A DNA stretch of 64,000 nt from Rhina ancylostomus (Eukaryota), in contig JARFYF010000017.1 of NCBI GenBank assembly GCA_030265395.1, positions 43,556,465 to 43,620,464 of the forward strand. Reading direction: 5' to 3'. The translations under genes were made by a program, and so were the position numbers. Position 1 is the first letter of the stretch, and every line of letters begins with the position of its first letter. This document shows, piece after piece, positions 37,201-50,287 of this stretch. Below the pieces are notes generated by a model. The model had not been told where the DNA came from and made no database searches. It saw only the letters and a program-made list of their open reading frames with translations.

Positions 37201-39514
37201 TAATTTGGAACATCTCAAAGTGCTTTACAGCCAATTAAACATTTTCTTGCAGATTGGTTATTGTTGTACTGTGAGCAACATCCCAGCTAATTTGTACAGA
37301 ACAAGCTCCCACAAGCAACAATGTAATGATGGCCAGAGAATGTNNNNNNNNNNNNNNNNNNNNNNNNNNNNNNNNNNNNNNNNNNNNNNNNNNNNNNNNN
37401 NNNNNNNNNNNNNNNNNNNNNNNNNNNNNNNNNNNNNNNNNNNNNNNNNNNNNNNNNNNNNNNNNNNNNNNNNNNNNNNNNNNNNNNNNNNNNNNNNNNN
37501 NNNNNNNNNNNNNNNNNNNNNNNNNNNNNNNNNNNNNNNNNNNNNNNNNNNNNNNNNNNNNNNNNNNNNNNNNNNNNNNNNNNNNNNNNNNNNNNATGCT
37601 AACTCAGAAACCAGAGCAACATTCAAAATTAGATCAGATAGGTGAGTGAAAAGGAAGAGGCAGAAAAACAAGTGGAATATGCTGAGTAAATGAGTTTGGA
37701 GCTATCTGCTTGTCAGGAGGGTAAATGCCAACAAAGACTGATTTGAAGTGAATGGGCTTTTTGCATGTTGTTATTTCCAAGTACATTGTTAAAGGATGGT
37801 ATATAATCAGATTTTTTTTAAATTGTGAAGATTTGATTTAAGACCACGCCCCCGTGTTTACTCTATAACCAAAGATCAGCAGAATAGGAGTGATGTTTTG
37901 ATTAATTATAGAATTGTAGTTTGGCAACCTTGGTTTATAAATGCGACTATGGAAAACTACCAGTTAGTTAAAGCTGCAATCCAATCATTAAGTTGAGTTT
38001 GTAAACACAGAACAGTGGATGTTGAGACATTTTTTTATAGGCTGGAAACTGACCGAGGGGTTTCCGTAATACAGTGAGCCATAATGCCAAGCTCCAGTAA
38101 TTATAATTTCCATTTAAATTCTGATATTAGATGATTACCTTGAAAAATCTTCTTAAATATCTGTTGTTTAAATATATAGTTGGTCTGAGTTCTGTTTGCA
38201 GTTTCTGGTTAAATTCATATTCACGCCATTTTTATGCTGGTGTTATCAGAGGGGTATTAATTATTAATTTGTTCTAAGGTTTGGCAAATTTTACTATGCG
38301 TAATAAGGAGAAAGTTAGAACATTATCACCTGTTCTTTATAGAATTTGGAACACATTTAAAAAAAAATAAGTTTGTCCCCATTCTGTGACTTGGCCTACC
38401 TCTATGCACAAGGAGAGGCAGGGTTTATCACCCACTCCCTGACCTACAATTCAAGCAGCTTGACTAAAGCTATGTGAGGGGAAAGCTCTGGCATAATGTT
38501 TCCTTCCTGCTTGAGACAGAAAACACTTTGTTTGGGCCTACCTAGAACAGTGTGGCTGGGATTGAGAGATGAAGGAATCCACAATGATACTGCTCCTTGG
38601 TGCAAGTCCACTACTCTGTCCCCAAAAATTGCTGGTAAACTGTAGCCATGACTGATTCTGCCATGTGATTTAAACTATGATTTGTTTGGCATTTATTATG
38701 GTGGAGCAATATATTTAGACATAAGCTGTCTTTGAGGTGTGAGATCAAGGGTTCAAAGGAAGCCCAGATGTTGGGGTAAAATCATACAGTGGTTTGTTGC
38801 CGTGTCATATTGAAGTATCTCAAAATGAACTTTACAATGATTTACATTTAAGAGTAGAGTGCAAGTAGTGAAGTAAATTTGTCTCTTCACTCGGCAGGGG
38901 TGCTGCCAAAAACTTGGAGTTAATGGGCATAAGCTGGTAACCATGAGCACAGATCAACAGTACAAAAACTATCATAATTCTAAAACATTGACAGCAAATG
39001 TCTGTAGCAGAAATAATGTCTGGGTTATCTTGCAATAGGCTGCTACAACTGATAGTTAGACAGAGTTTCAATTGAACCTTTGCTGAAGTTGAGCTGAGTA
39101 TGGGAATGTGGTGAAAATAAAATGGGTTAGAGTAGGATTAATGTACAAATGGGTGCTTAATGGTTGGCATGAATTCAACAGGCCTGCTTTTTTTTTTGCT
39201 GCATCTCTTTGATTTTACTCCTGGCATTAGCATCCATCGGGGAAATACTCAGAATTATTTGTGTGGGATTGGAAATGTCTGTCTAGTTTGGGCTCTTGAC
39301 CATGCAATGGGATTACTGATTGTAGTCTAATGCATTCTATGACTGCAGTGGGAAAAATTAATGTAGAGAATATAGAACTGTGTATCTGTGCTGACATGGC
39401 ATAAAGTGAGGAAATATCACAGTGATTTTTACCCTGTATCTAACCTTTGTACCTGACCCTGAACAGGATAATGAAGCAGTTATGGTATCTCAGGCTGTTT
39501 CTTGGATGTTCTCT

Positions 39515-39708
39515 TGGGCCTGAGTCGGAAGGCTGAAAATTCAAGTCCCATTGTGGAATTGAGTACAAAAGTCTAGGCTTGCATCAGTGTAATACTGTGG
39601 GAGTGCAGTGCTGTGGCAGTGTCACCTTTCAGATGAAACATTAATGAAGGCCCTACTTTCTCTCTTGTGGATGTAAAAGATCCTGAAGTACTATCAGGAA
39701 GATAGTTA
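39515..39708 (+). mobile_element. Deu-domain SINE
   Basis: tRNA-like head cctgagtcggaaggctgaaaattcaagtccca, then Deu core gggagtgcagtgctgtggcagtgtcacctttcagatgaaacattaa...ggatgtaaaagatcc. Runs into a gap. Confidence 0.78.
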
Positions 39709-39808
39709 NNNNNNNNNNNNNNNNNNNNNNNNNNNNNNNNNNNNNNNNNNNNNNNNNNNNNNNNNNNNNNNNNNNNNNNNNNNNNNNNNNNNNNNNNNNN
39801 NNNNNNNN

Positions 39809-40840
39809 CCCTTCATGATTTGAAGAAAACCTCCATCAGACCCCCTTGCAACCCCCTCTGTTCCAGGGACAAAGACCCAAGCAACTCCAATTCATTCTCA
39901 TAACAACAATCCAACATCTCTGGAGTCATCGCAGTAAATCTCTCCTGCACCCTTACCGGAGCCTCTCATCTTTCCTTAAGTGTGGTGCTCTGAAATGGTG
40001 AAATCAGTGCTTTACAAAACCTTATCCCAGTGTCCTTGCTTTTGTCTTGCCCTGGTCTTATAACCTTTTTTAACCACTTCCTCAGCCTGCCTCTTTGGAT
40101 GAACTGTACTCACATATCTCCTGATATTTCTGATCTTGTATCCCTTTTGAAATTGTGCCCTCACATGTCTATAGACTCCACTCCATCAGCCTGTCCATTT
40201 CTCCTTGAAGGCTCTTACGATCCTCTTCACAATTCAATGTCTCCCAGTTTCTTGTAACCTGTAACTTCGGAAACAATGGCCTGTACAAGTCATTAATATA
40301 CATTTAGGAAACCAGTGGTCTCAGTACTAACCCCTAGGGAATGCCACTGTACACTCCCCTCTGATCAGAAAATCATCTCATTACTATTGTTTCTGGATAC
40401 TTAATCAATTTTCTATCCATGCTGCTACAATGGCTTTTATTCCATGAGCTTCAATGTTGATGACATGCCTATATAATGTGGCAATTTATCAAAGGCCTTC
40501 TAGCAGCCCATATATTCACATCAACCCCATTGTCATTATTGAGCCTTTCTATTACTCAAAAACTTCTATCAGCTTAGGTGGACATGATTTGCCTTTAACA
40601 ATTTCGTACTGGCTTTCTCTAATCAATTTACACTTGTCCAAGTAACTGCTAATTCTGTCTCTTATTGTTCCCTAAGGACGTCCACCATTCACCAATCTTA
40701 AACTGACTGGTCTAGTTACTGGGCTTGTACCAGTTCTCAGGTACCATCTCTGGATGTTTGGAGGATAATGGCCAGAGCCTCTGCAAGTTCTTTATTAGCC
40801 TCAGCATAGCCAACCTTCCTAGCATCCCTTTATCAGTTTT
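39809..40840 (-). mobile_element. Decayed CR1 LINE ORF2 fragment
   Basis: Reverse RT motifs, e.g. agtactaacccctagggaatgccact (SGIP.G.VL). Confidence 0.72.
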
Positions 40841-41174
40841 TAACCCATCCAGAATTTCAGCTACATGAGATTCCAGTGGTGTTATGTTTGTCCTTCATTA
40901 AGAGACAAAACTCAGTATGGGTTTTAACTTCTGAACTTTATAATATAACACAAAATACAATCACTGCATCTTGGCTGTACAGCTGCTGCTACAGACTGCA
41001 AACAGAGAGACTGCTAACTCATCCTGTTTGTTTACACAGCTTACTTGCTTACTCACAGTCACTTCCTGCTCCCCATGTGACCCCTTGCATTGCCTACTGG
41101 GAACTGTAGTTCTTTGTTATAACTACATAACAGCACATAATAACACATCCACCACCAGCATACTTCGCCTGTAG

Positions 41175-41516
41175 AAGGTACTGTTTACGAAACGTACTTC
41201 AGTTACTCACCCAGACAACTCCAGCAGCACCTCCCAAAACCAAGCCTCTATCACCAAGAAAGAAAAGGGCAGCAGCTGCATAGGAACACCACCAACTGCA
41301 GGTTCTCCTTAAAAATGCACACCGTCTTGACTTGGAAATGTATCACCATTCATTTAATGCCACTGGATCTGAATCTCTATTCTGTGGGAGTACCTTCACC
41401 AGAAGAACTGTGTTTCAAGAAGGCAGCTCATCAACACTTTCTCAGGCCATTTAGGGTTGGGTAATAAATGTTGGCTTTGCCAGCAACACTCAAATCTCAA
41501 GAAAGAATTTTAAAAA
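41175..41516 (+). mobile_element. LINE 3' end (CR1/L2-group; possibly the family of 7750-8400)
   Basis: cagcacctcccaaaacc...cttgacttggaaatgtatc...ttcaagaaggcagctcatcaacac...gggttgggtaataaatgttggctttgccagc, ending in an A-rich tract. Confidence 0.72.
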
Positions 41517-42321
41517 TCAGTTTGGCAATGGTTGCCTTATGAGAAAGCATTCCTCATCCAATAGTGCATGAAAACTTTCTGATCCTTCCCTTTATGTTTA
41601 TGTTACATCACAGTCTTTAATTATTTTTGACTATTGTCCTTTATAATTTTTTACATCTTTATTATTTCCACACAATCTTCTGAGCTCAATGTAAGGTCTT
41701 TCTTTCTTGCACTCTTAATATACTTAAAATGTCCCATCAGTTTTAGAGTTTATGTTGTTCTTCTTCTTTTGTGGAATGTTGACCACAAAGCTGTGAAACA
41801 TTTTGAAGAATAGCTACTTTCTCTGACAAACAGGAAACAAAACACCCAAAGACAAATCAAAAGAATCTAAATGAATCCCAGCCTTCACCTCTCCACAATG
41901 AACAGGTTAAGTAGATATTTGCCAGGGTTGGAAAATGTTTCACAGCCTGTGAGTGGAGTTGGAAAATCACTGGAATGCGAGTCTCATTTCCTACATGCTC
42001 ATGTTTACCCCTTCTTCACCTCTTCCTTTTCATAATCCCCACGTTCACCTCTTCCTCAGCATTTTACTCTCTGAAGCCATTCCATAATTTCATTCAACCT
42101 AAAATACCCAGACTTCTCAAAGAACAATATTGCAAGTTTTCCACTATTTTGTTGAATATTATCAAATATGTTAACCATTCTCCTTGCTGCTAACACAATA
42201 TGCCTTCATCTTTATTCTCACTGTGCCTCGCAGCCTGTGGCTTTCTTACAAGAAAACAACTAAAATATTTGTTTTGCTAAGTGCTGCCCAACTACATAGT
42301 TAGCTCTGTATCTTAGCTAAG

Positions 42322-43312
42322 TACTTTGGGAAGACAGACCAAGGTAAGTCTTACACAGTGAATGTTAGGACTCTGAGGTGTGTGGTAGAACAAAGGGACC
42401 TGAGAATACAGATCCATAATTCTGTGAAAGTAGCATCACTGGTAGGCAGGGTCAGAAAGAGAGCTTTTGGCACATTGGCCTTCATAAATCAGGGCATTGA
42501 GTTCAGGAGTTGGGATGTTATGTTGAAGTTGTTCAAGACATTGGTGAGGCTGAATTTAGAGTATTGTGTGCAGTTCTGGTCGCCTATGTACAGGAAAGAA
42601 ATCAATAAGCTTGAATAAGTGCAGAGAAAATTTACAAGGATGTTGCTGGGACTTGAGGACCTGAGTTGGATTAGGTTAGATGAGGTATCTTTGTTAGTCA
42701 CATGTACATCGAAACATACAGTGAAATGCATCTTTGCTGGGGACAGCCTGCAAGTGTCCCCATGCTTCTGGTGCCAACATAGCATGCCCACAACTTCCCA
42801 ACCCATACATCTTTGGAGTGTGGAAGGAAACCGGATCACCTGGAGGAAACCCATTCAGACACAGGGAAAACCTATAAAAGTCTTTGGTAAAAGTTGAATA
42901 GGTTAGGACTTTATACCCTGGATGGCAGGAGAATAAGGGGAGATCTCATAGAGGTATACAAAATTATGAGGGGTATAGATAGAGTGAATGAATGCAGACT
43001 TTCTCTCTTCAGGTTGGGTGAGACTGGAACTAGAGGTCATAAGTTTAGGGTGAAAGGTTAAATATTTAAGGGGAATCTGAGGGGAAACTTCTTTACTCAC
43101 AGGATGGTGCCAGTGTGGAACAAGCTGCCAGCGGAAGTGGTAGATGCAGGTTCAATTGTAATATTTAGGAGAGATTTGGATGGGTACGTGGATGGGAGGA
43201 GTTTGGAGGGGTATGGTCCAGGTGCAAGTAGATGAGACTAGGCAGAAGATCAGGTCGGCATGGACTGGATGAGCCGAAGGGCCTGTTTCTGTGCTGCAGT
43301 GCTCTATGACTC
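42322..43312 (+). mobile_element. Relatively young CR1 LINE 3' kilobase, interrupted by a SINE-like insert at ~42667-42890
   Basis: 'LAFINQGIEFRSWDVMLKLFKTLVRLNLEYCVQFWSPMYRKEINKLE.VQRKFTRML', with an intact tail gggcctgtttctgtgctgcagtgctctatgactct. Confidence 0.93.
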
Positions 43313-43529
43313 TACGATAAGAAACTGAAGCGACAGTTGAACATGAACCCACTTGAACCTGATCCACCATTCGTGGCTGATCCTGTGTCTCAAAATTCAC
43401 TCTTTCACATGTTCAATCTCATATTCTCAATATTATTACTGATATATTGAACCCCGCCTTCAATGTGATGGCTGACTGAGCAGCCATAGTGCACTGAGCT
43501 GAAGAATGATCATGGTTTAGAATAAGAAG

Positions 43530-45970
43530 TGGAATCACTATGGGTGGGGATGTAATAACCTGGGACAAAAAGCATCGGTGGTAGTAATTTATAGGCAACC
43601 AAACAGCAGCACCAATACTGGAGAGAGAAGTAATTAAGAAATCTGAAGAACTTGTAGCAAAGGTAATATAATAGTCATGAAGAACTGAATTTGTATAAAC
43701 CAGACAATTAAAATGGCAAAAGTAGTTTGGAGAATGCATCTGGGACAGTTTCCTGGGAAAACAAATAAAAAGCAAGCTATTTGATAGATAATACAACATA
43801 GGCAATTATGTAACCCAAAGTAGGGGATCCTCCAGGAAAAATGGTCTCAGTATTTGTAGTATTTTGTATTGACAATGAAAAGGACATTATTTAATTTCAA
43901 GGCTCTTGTTATAAATTGTTATTTACATAGGTTCTGAAGGGCCAATGGCTGGGATGATTGGGAATTTAATTAGGTTTGTCGGTACATATTGTAAAGGATT
44001 ATTTTGTAATTCCAACAAACCTATCCTCCAATGAGAAATCTTGGGGGTAAGAAAGGAAAAGTGAACCATCTGTGGCTTTCTGTGAAGGGTAAGGAGAATA
44101 TTAGTTTAAAGGAGAGACTCAAGGTGAAGCCCAGCAAGCCTGATGATTGGGAAAACAAATTCATGGTGAACAGGCGACTGAAAATTTGAAGACGGGAGAA
44201 GGTACAGTATGAAAGTAAATTAGTGTGAAATATAAGATTGTAAAAGCTTTTATATCTATGTAAAAAGGGACAGAAGCAAAATAAATCCTTGAAGGGAAAG
44301 TTAGGAGAAATTAAAATGAGGATTTAAAGAAAAGTTTGAGTTATAGTACCTTCACTGAAGGATTTACTATGAATATATCGGAAATAATGGGCAACCAAGG
44401 GGCAAGTGACACTGGGATGATGCAATTGGTATCACTAAAGGGAAAATACTAAAGAATTTAAGGACCCTAAAAGCAGACTCATTGTCACCATCCTAGAGTG
44501 TTTAAAGAAGTGGCTGCAGATGCATTAGATATGATCTGCCCCAGTTTCCATAGATTCTGGGACAATCCTGACAGACTGGATGTGTAACGCCTCTGCTCAG
44601 CAAAGGAGGAAGAGAAAACGGTTAGCTTGATATTAGTTGTCAGCAAAATGCAGGCACCTGTGGTTGTGGCATTTTAAGTGAGCTGTTGCTATGTCTCTAA
44701 TATATTTAAGTAGAGTCAACGTGATTGTAACAAAAAGGGAAATTGTGTTCATCAAATCTAGTAAAGCTTTTTGAGGAATCTGATATGGTGCCACATAAAT
44801 GGATTTATGGCATTGGGGGTGACATATTAGAATGGTTAGAGAATTGTTTACAGAGTAGAAAAGAGTAGGAATAAAGTGGTAGTGTTTAGGTTAACATACA
44901 GTCACTGGTGAGATCCTGTGTGGATGACTACTACGTCCCCGTTTTCATAATCTGCGCCAATGACTTGGATTGAAAGAGCAATGTATCCAAGTTTGCTGAC
45001 TATGAAGATAGGTGAGGAAGTGACATCCGAGGACACAGTCTGCAAAGGGATAGAAGCAGGTTAAATGAGTGGGGAAGAAGGTAGCAAAGAGTATCACATG
45101 TGATTATATACTTTAATAGAATGAAGTTTCATATCTTAAATGATGGAAAACGATTAAACGTTGTTGTATACAATGTTCTTGATGCGCTTATTCATGGAAC
45201 AGACCATATACATGCCGCAAGCAATGTGGATGACAAATGGTTTGCTGGACTTGATTGCAAGGAACTGGATTTGATGCTGAGGTTTGCTCAGATGCAAAAT
45301 TAAAACCTAATCCAACCCATGCCTGACTTGTTATTTTTTTTCCCCATAACTGATCTTCAGGCATTTGCAGGAAAGCAGAAAAGACTTGCAATGCTGCATA
45401 TACATTGTTATTGAACAAAAAGAGTAGATGCATGTGGTAATACTAAGTAAATCATACTGCCCTTGATAAGGTACTGAGCTGGGCCAGATGCTTTATTTGA
45501 ATATATACCCAAACCCAGCACATATAGTTGGGACTTCAGGCTCTGATCAGACTCCAGTTTTCAGTACAAAAGTAAAGATGTTTTGCTGATGTTTTACAAG
45601 GCTTTAGTGAGACTACATTTGTAACACTGTGCAGATGTGGTCTCCATACTTCATGAAAGATGTATTTGCTTTTGTGGCTGTGTGACATAGATTCACTGGA
45701 TTGATTCGAGGCGAAGGGCTTGTCCTATAAGGGGAGAGTGAGTAATGTTGGAGCGTAGATGAGTGAGCAATATAATGCTCCTGGATGCTGAGAGGCAATT
45801 CTCTCGAGCTGAAGAGATCAGGACTAGGGGAATGGTCTCAAGGGAGAGACAAGGGCTTATTTCTTGGAAGGTGATGAATCTTTGGAATCTTTCCACTGAA
45901 TTTGTGTATCTCTTTGAAGTTATTGATTACACCCAAGACTGAAATTAGTAGACTTTTGGAACCCAAGAGA
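43530..45970 (+). mobile_element. Long, heavily decayed CR1 LINE (endonuclease to 3' end)
   Basis: gtagtaatttataggc (VVIYR), tccaagtttgctgactatgaagatag (SKFAD..KI), ttttacaaggctttagtgagactacatttg (YKALVR.HL) and 'KVMNLWNLS' occur in CR1 order. Confidence 0.75.
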
Positions 45971-45974
45971 AGAC

Positions 45975-46532
45975 TCATCCATGGTAGGAAATTCAATACC
46001 AGGGGGCAAAATATTACAGAGTCACCATTATGTCTAATGATGGAGACTCTATTTTAACCAAATTAGGAATAGGTAATATACTACAATAATATTTTAGTCT
46101 TCTCATTCACAAATGTCAGCATCCCCAGCAACCTCTGTGATCTAGACTGACAAGGCTGTTGATATTTGAGAACTTGACTAATTTGCAAATTTCTTTCAAA
46201 ATCACATGCCACTCTGACTTGAAAATGTTATCAATGGTTCTTCATTGTCATATGATCAAGGTCCTGTAGCTCCATCTGCACTCCATGTCTATTTCATTTC
46301 ATAGACTGCAGTTGCTCAAGAAATTCCATTATCTCCTTCTTAAGAGGAGTTTCATATGGTCAGTAAGTACTGGCATTGCTGGGGATGTTGACATTCGTGA
46401 ATGAGAAGACTAAAATATTATTGTCGTATGTTACCTATTCCTAATTTGGTTAAAATAGAGTCTCCATCATTAGACATAATAGTGACTCTGTAATATTTTG
46501 CCCCCTGGTATTGAATTTCCCACCATGGATGA
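45975..46532. repeat. Near-perfect inverted duplication, 157 bp arms with a 244 bp spacer
   Basis: 45975-46131 versus the reverse complement of 46376-46532: 6 mismatches and no indels by manual alignment. No N gap is involved. Confidence 0.95.
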
Positions 46533-46764
46533 TTCTGTGCTTCCAAGCTCCCAAGCTCCTTAGTAATAATTAAGAAATCTTTTTATTAGGTCACAATTAA
46601 TCTTTCCTTTTCAGTGATGAGAGAACCCAGATGCTTTTTCGAACTGGAAGATATGAGACAAATTATCTTGCCCTGTGTCCCTATTAATATTACTTCCAAA
46701 GAGAACTTTTGGTCAAAAGAGTTTGATAACATTGGATTATGCAAATTGCGTCCACTGTGCTGCA

Positions 46765-47690
46765 GAACATAGCACAGTATGGGCCCTTTGGCTCACAATG
46801 TTGTGCTGACCTATATAGACACCTACTCCATGATCAATCTAACCCTTCCCTCTTACACAGCCCATAACCCTCTATTTTTCTTACATCCATGTGCCTATGT
46901 AAGGATCTTTTAAATGCCCCTATTGTATCAGCCTCTACCACCACCCCCGGCAGTGTCCTCCAGGCACCCACCACTCCTGAGAAAAGGGTGCTGGCTGTCC
47001 ACTCCATCTATGATCCTCATAATCTTATACACCTCTATCAATTCACCTCTCATCCTCGGTTGCTCTAAAGAGAAAAGCACGAGCTCGCTCAACCTTTCCT
47101 CATTAGACACATTCTCTAATCCAGGCAGCATTGTGGTAAATCTTCTCTGCACCCTCTCTAAAGCTTCCACATCTTTCCTATAATGAGGCGATCAGAACTG
47201 AACTCCAAGTGTGGTCTAACCAGGGTTTTATAGAGCTGCAACATTACGTTGTGGCTCTTGAACTCATTCCCCTGACTAATGAAGGCCAACACACCATACG
47301 CCTTCTCATCCACTCTATCAACTTGCATGGCAACTTCGAGGAATCTATGGACCCCAAGGTCCTTCTGTTCCTCCACACTGCTAAAAATCATGCTATTAAC
47401 CTTGTACTCCACCTTCAAGTTCATTCTTCCAAAGTGTATCACTTCACACTTTTTTCCAGATTGAACATCCAACTCTGCATCCTGTCCATATCTCATCGTA
47501 ACCATTATCCACAACACCTTCAACCTTCGTGTCATCTGCAGACTTGCTAACCCATCCTTCCACTTCCTCATTCAAGTCATTTATAAAAATCACAAAGAGC
47601 AGGGGTCCCAGGACAGATCCCTGTGGAATACCATTAGTCACTGATCTCTAGCCAGAATACTCTCCATCTACTACCACCCCCTGCTTTCTG
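46765..47690 (-). mobile_element. Relatively young CR1 LINE 3' fragment
   Basis: '[20 protein letters not shown]...SKSADDTKV', 'MLQLYKTLVRPHLE' and 'EALERVQRRFTTMLPGL', plus the 3' tail. Confidence 0.95.
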
Positions 47691-48064
47691 AAATGATTTT
47701 GCCTCTCCTACACATTCCCCTTGCCAAATGCACCATGCACCACCCCATCAATCCTTAGGTCTACCTGTTGGATTACACAGCCACTTCTTTGGACATAGCA
47801 CAGTGAAGTATCCAGAAACCAGCCCAAAATGCAAAGGAGATTAAGTGGAAAAATTTAGCAAGGTATTTCACAGAACCATAGTCTTGGGGCACAGAACAAA
47901 ACCATTTTAACCCATCATACCTGCGCTGGTTCCAACAGAACCATCCAGTTGGTCCTACTCTTTCTCTTGGTTGATATTCTTGGTGGTGTTTGAAAGGTCA
48001 GAGGTACTAGTATAGGGTACTTATGATTGTTTAACTATATAGAGTTTATTTGCAATGAATAACA

Positions 48065-48305
48065 CTGGTGGACTGCACTTGGTATTTTGTGTGCTGTTCT
48101 GGTTGCCACATTTTAGGAAGAATGTGGTTGCACTGGAGAGAGTGCAGATGAAATTCACCAGAATGCTGCCAGGACTGAGGACTTGAGTTATGGGGAGAGA
48201 TTGGATCAGCTGGGCTTGTTTTCCCTGGTGTGGAAGAGGTTGAGGGTTGACCTGATAGAGATGTATGAAATTATGTGAGGTATTGATAGTATAGATATTC
48301 AGAAA
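48065..48305 (+). mobile_element. CR1 LINE fragment
   Basis: 'YFVCCSGCHI' and 'ALERVQMKFTRMLPGL'-like segments, plus gacctgatagagatgtatgaaattatg. Confidence 0.8.
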
Positions 48306-48399
48306 GGTAACAATTCTTTTGATCTTGCTCTTTGATCATGGGTAATAAACCCTGCCTGTGTAGTAGGAAGCAGTAAGTACTCCTGAGGCCCTCCTATTC

Positions 48400-48650
48400 T
48401 CTAATAGGATTTGGATGTTCCTGGGAAGGCCAACATTTAATGCACATCCTTATTTGCTCTTGAAAATGCAGTTGTGAAGATAGTGAGTGCATTGACCTGC
48501 TGTGGACCCTGTAATGAAATTACTGCCATAAGTGTGAACTAAGGTGTTCTGAGATTTTGAACCAGTGACAGTGGAGGAATGGTGATGTAATTCAATGTTA
48601 AAACGGTGTGTGACTTGGAAGAGAATTTGCAAGTTCTCTTTGTCTCTGAA
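48400..48650 (-). mobile_element. LINE 3' end (same family as 41175-41516)
   Basis: Reverse homolog of the 41.2 kb copy: gccaacatttaatgcacatcctt...gattttgaaccagtgacagtggagga. Confidence 0.65.
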
Positions 48651-50287
48651 AGCTGGTTTCGGCTCCAACGTCCTCTATTTGCTTGCATCCTATCAGCCCT
48701 CTGATCACTAAGCTTTGTACTTGCAATTCTGGCTCTACATTACTCCAGCTGAGACCTACTTATCTTTTTGATGTTGTATGACCCCTTGTGTTGTTTATAT
48801 TGTCTGGACTGGTGTCTGCTTGTACTCCCATTTTACTCCCTTGCAGTCTGGCTCAGTGGAAACTCTAAAATGTTTATCCATCTAAGTAGGTCAGAGATGT
48901 AGCTGTGGTTAACTTCAAGATTTAACTGGTACCCACATTCTAACTTCTTGCAGTCTGGCACAGTGAGGAATCAAATTGACCAGAGTTCTAAGAGGCACAT
49001 TCACAAAATGAGTAAAAACACAAGCTCAATTTCCAAGACCACTTTCAGGCCAGTGAAAGTTAGCTGTTGCTATGGTGACAGTTCACACATCATTCAGTTC
49101 GTCAGCAGCACATTGATGCAATTGCTAAGGTGTAAAAATGCTCTTTAATTTGTTCTCATATAATTTTGGTGACACAAAAAACTCCTCCACTGCTTTGCCA
49201 CCTTAATGTGAATTACTTGTACTCTTTCCAGCTCACGCTCACCAAATCCTTCCAAGTCACTGGAAGTAAAAGGTCTGAAAACAGTACTACTAATGGTAGA
49301 TTTAATTGGTGTGGTCTCCTAGTCATTACATTTCAGGTACGGTTAATTCCACATGGACGTGTGATAAATTGTAAATAGAACAGCTTGGTATTTGTTTACA
49401 TCGTATTCATTTTCTGAATCTTATTCGTATTACTTCCTCTGTATGAACTGTGAGATTAATATTCCTTCATTCACTGAGGGTATAAAATTGATTTCACCCT
49501 AAAGCCTTGTTTTCACTACCAGAAGGACATTAGCCCTTGTAAATATGGATGCCCTCCTAATTGACCTGAAACCCCTAAAGGCAGTGTCTGCAGGCCCACA
49601 AATATGCTCTGCTTTCATCTTTTTAAAAATATCTTTGTTATTATGCATTCATGTTGGTGTGAGGGCTGAAATCCGTATTCTATATTTTGCATGCTCACCT
49701 CCTGAGGCTACCTCACAGGATCCAGCTTTGGAATCCTGTGTCGTAAGCTCCCTTGAGTTTTCCTTTTAAGTAGTGGAATGGAGTATCAGTATTTTTCCCT
49801 TTAAAATCAAACGGGCAGTATGAATTAACTTGCCACATAAATGAAGCACACTGCATATCAGAACAATTTATCCTTTTGAATGCAATGGACGAAACATCAG
49901 TTGACCTCCCCTTTAAATATTATTTGCTGAAACTCTGGATGATTTCCCCTTTAAGGCATGGACAGTGTATCAGTCTAGCTGCCCTGTCACTGTAACACAC
50001 TGCAGGTTCCACCTACTGGTTAACTGGGCAGGCACTCTGGAGTTGGAGCCGTGGAGGAACTGTTCCCCAGCTTCCCCTTTCTCCTTCAGGATTCAGCAGG
50101 ATTCTGCAATCCATTCACAAGTGGGAAGTATGGGCAAGCACCACATTTTAAAGGGTTAGTCTTGTAGATATCCTTAATCTCTGCTGATTCTCAAAAAGAA
50201 ACATGCCTTGCTAAATCAGCAAGTATCCCAGTTGTTGTCTGGTAATGTTGCTCTGTTGTTGCAGGATTTGACTGGCACCGATTGGAA

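Noticed and set aside
39380-39470. Possible LF-SINE-like 3' remnant (taccctgtatctaacctttgtacctgaccctg)
   Set aside because: Too short and diverged to assign without a database search.
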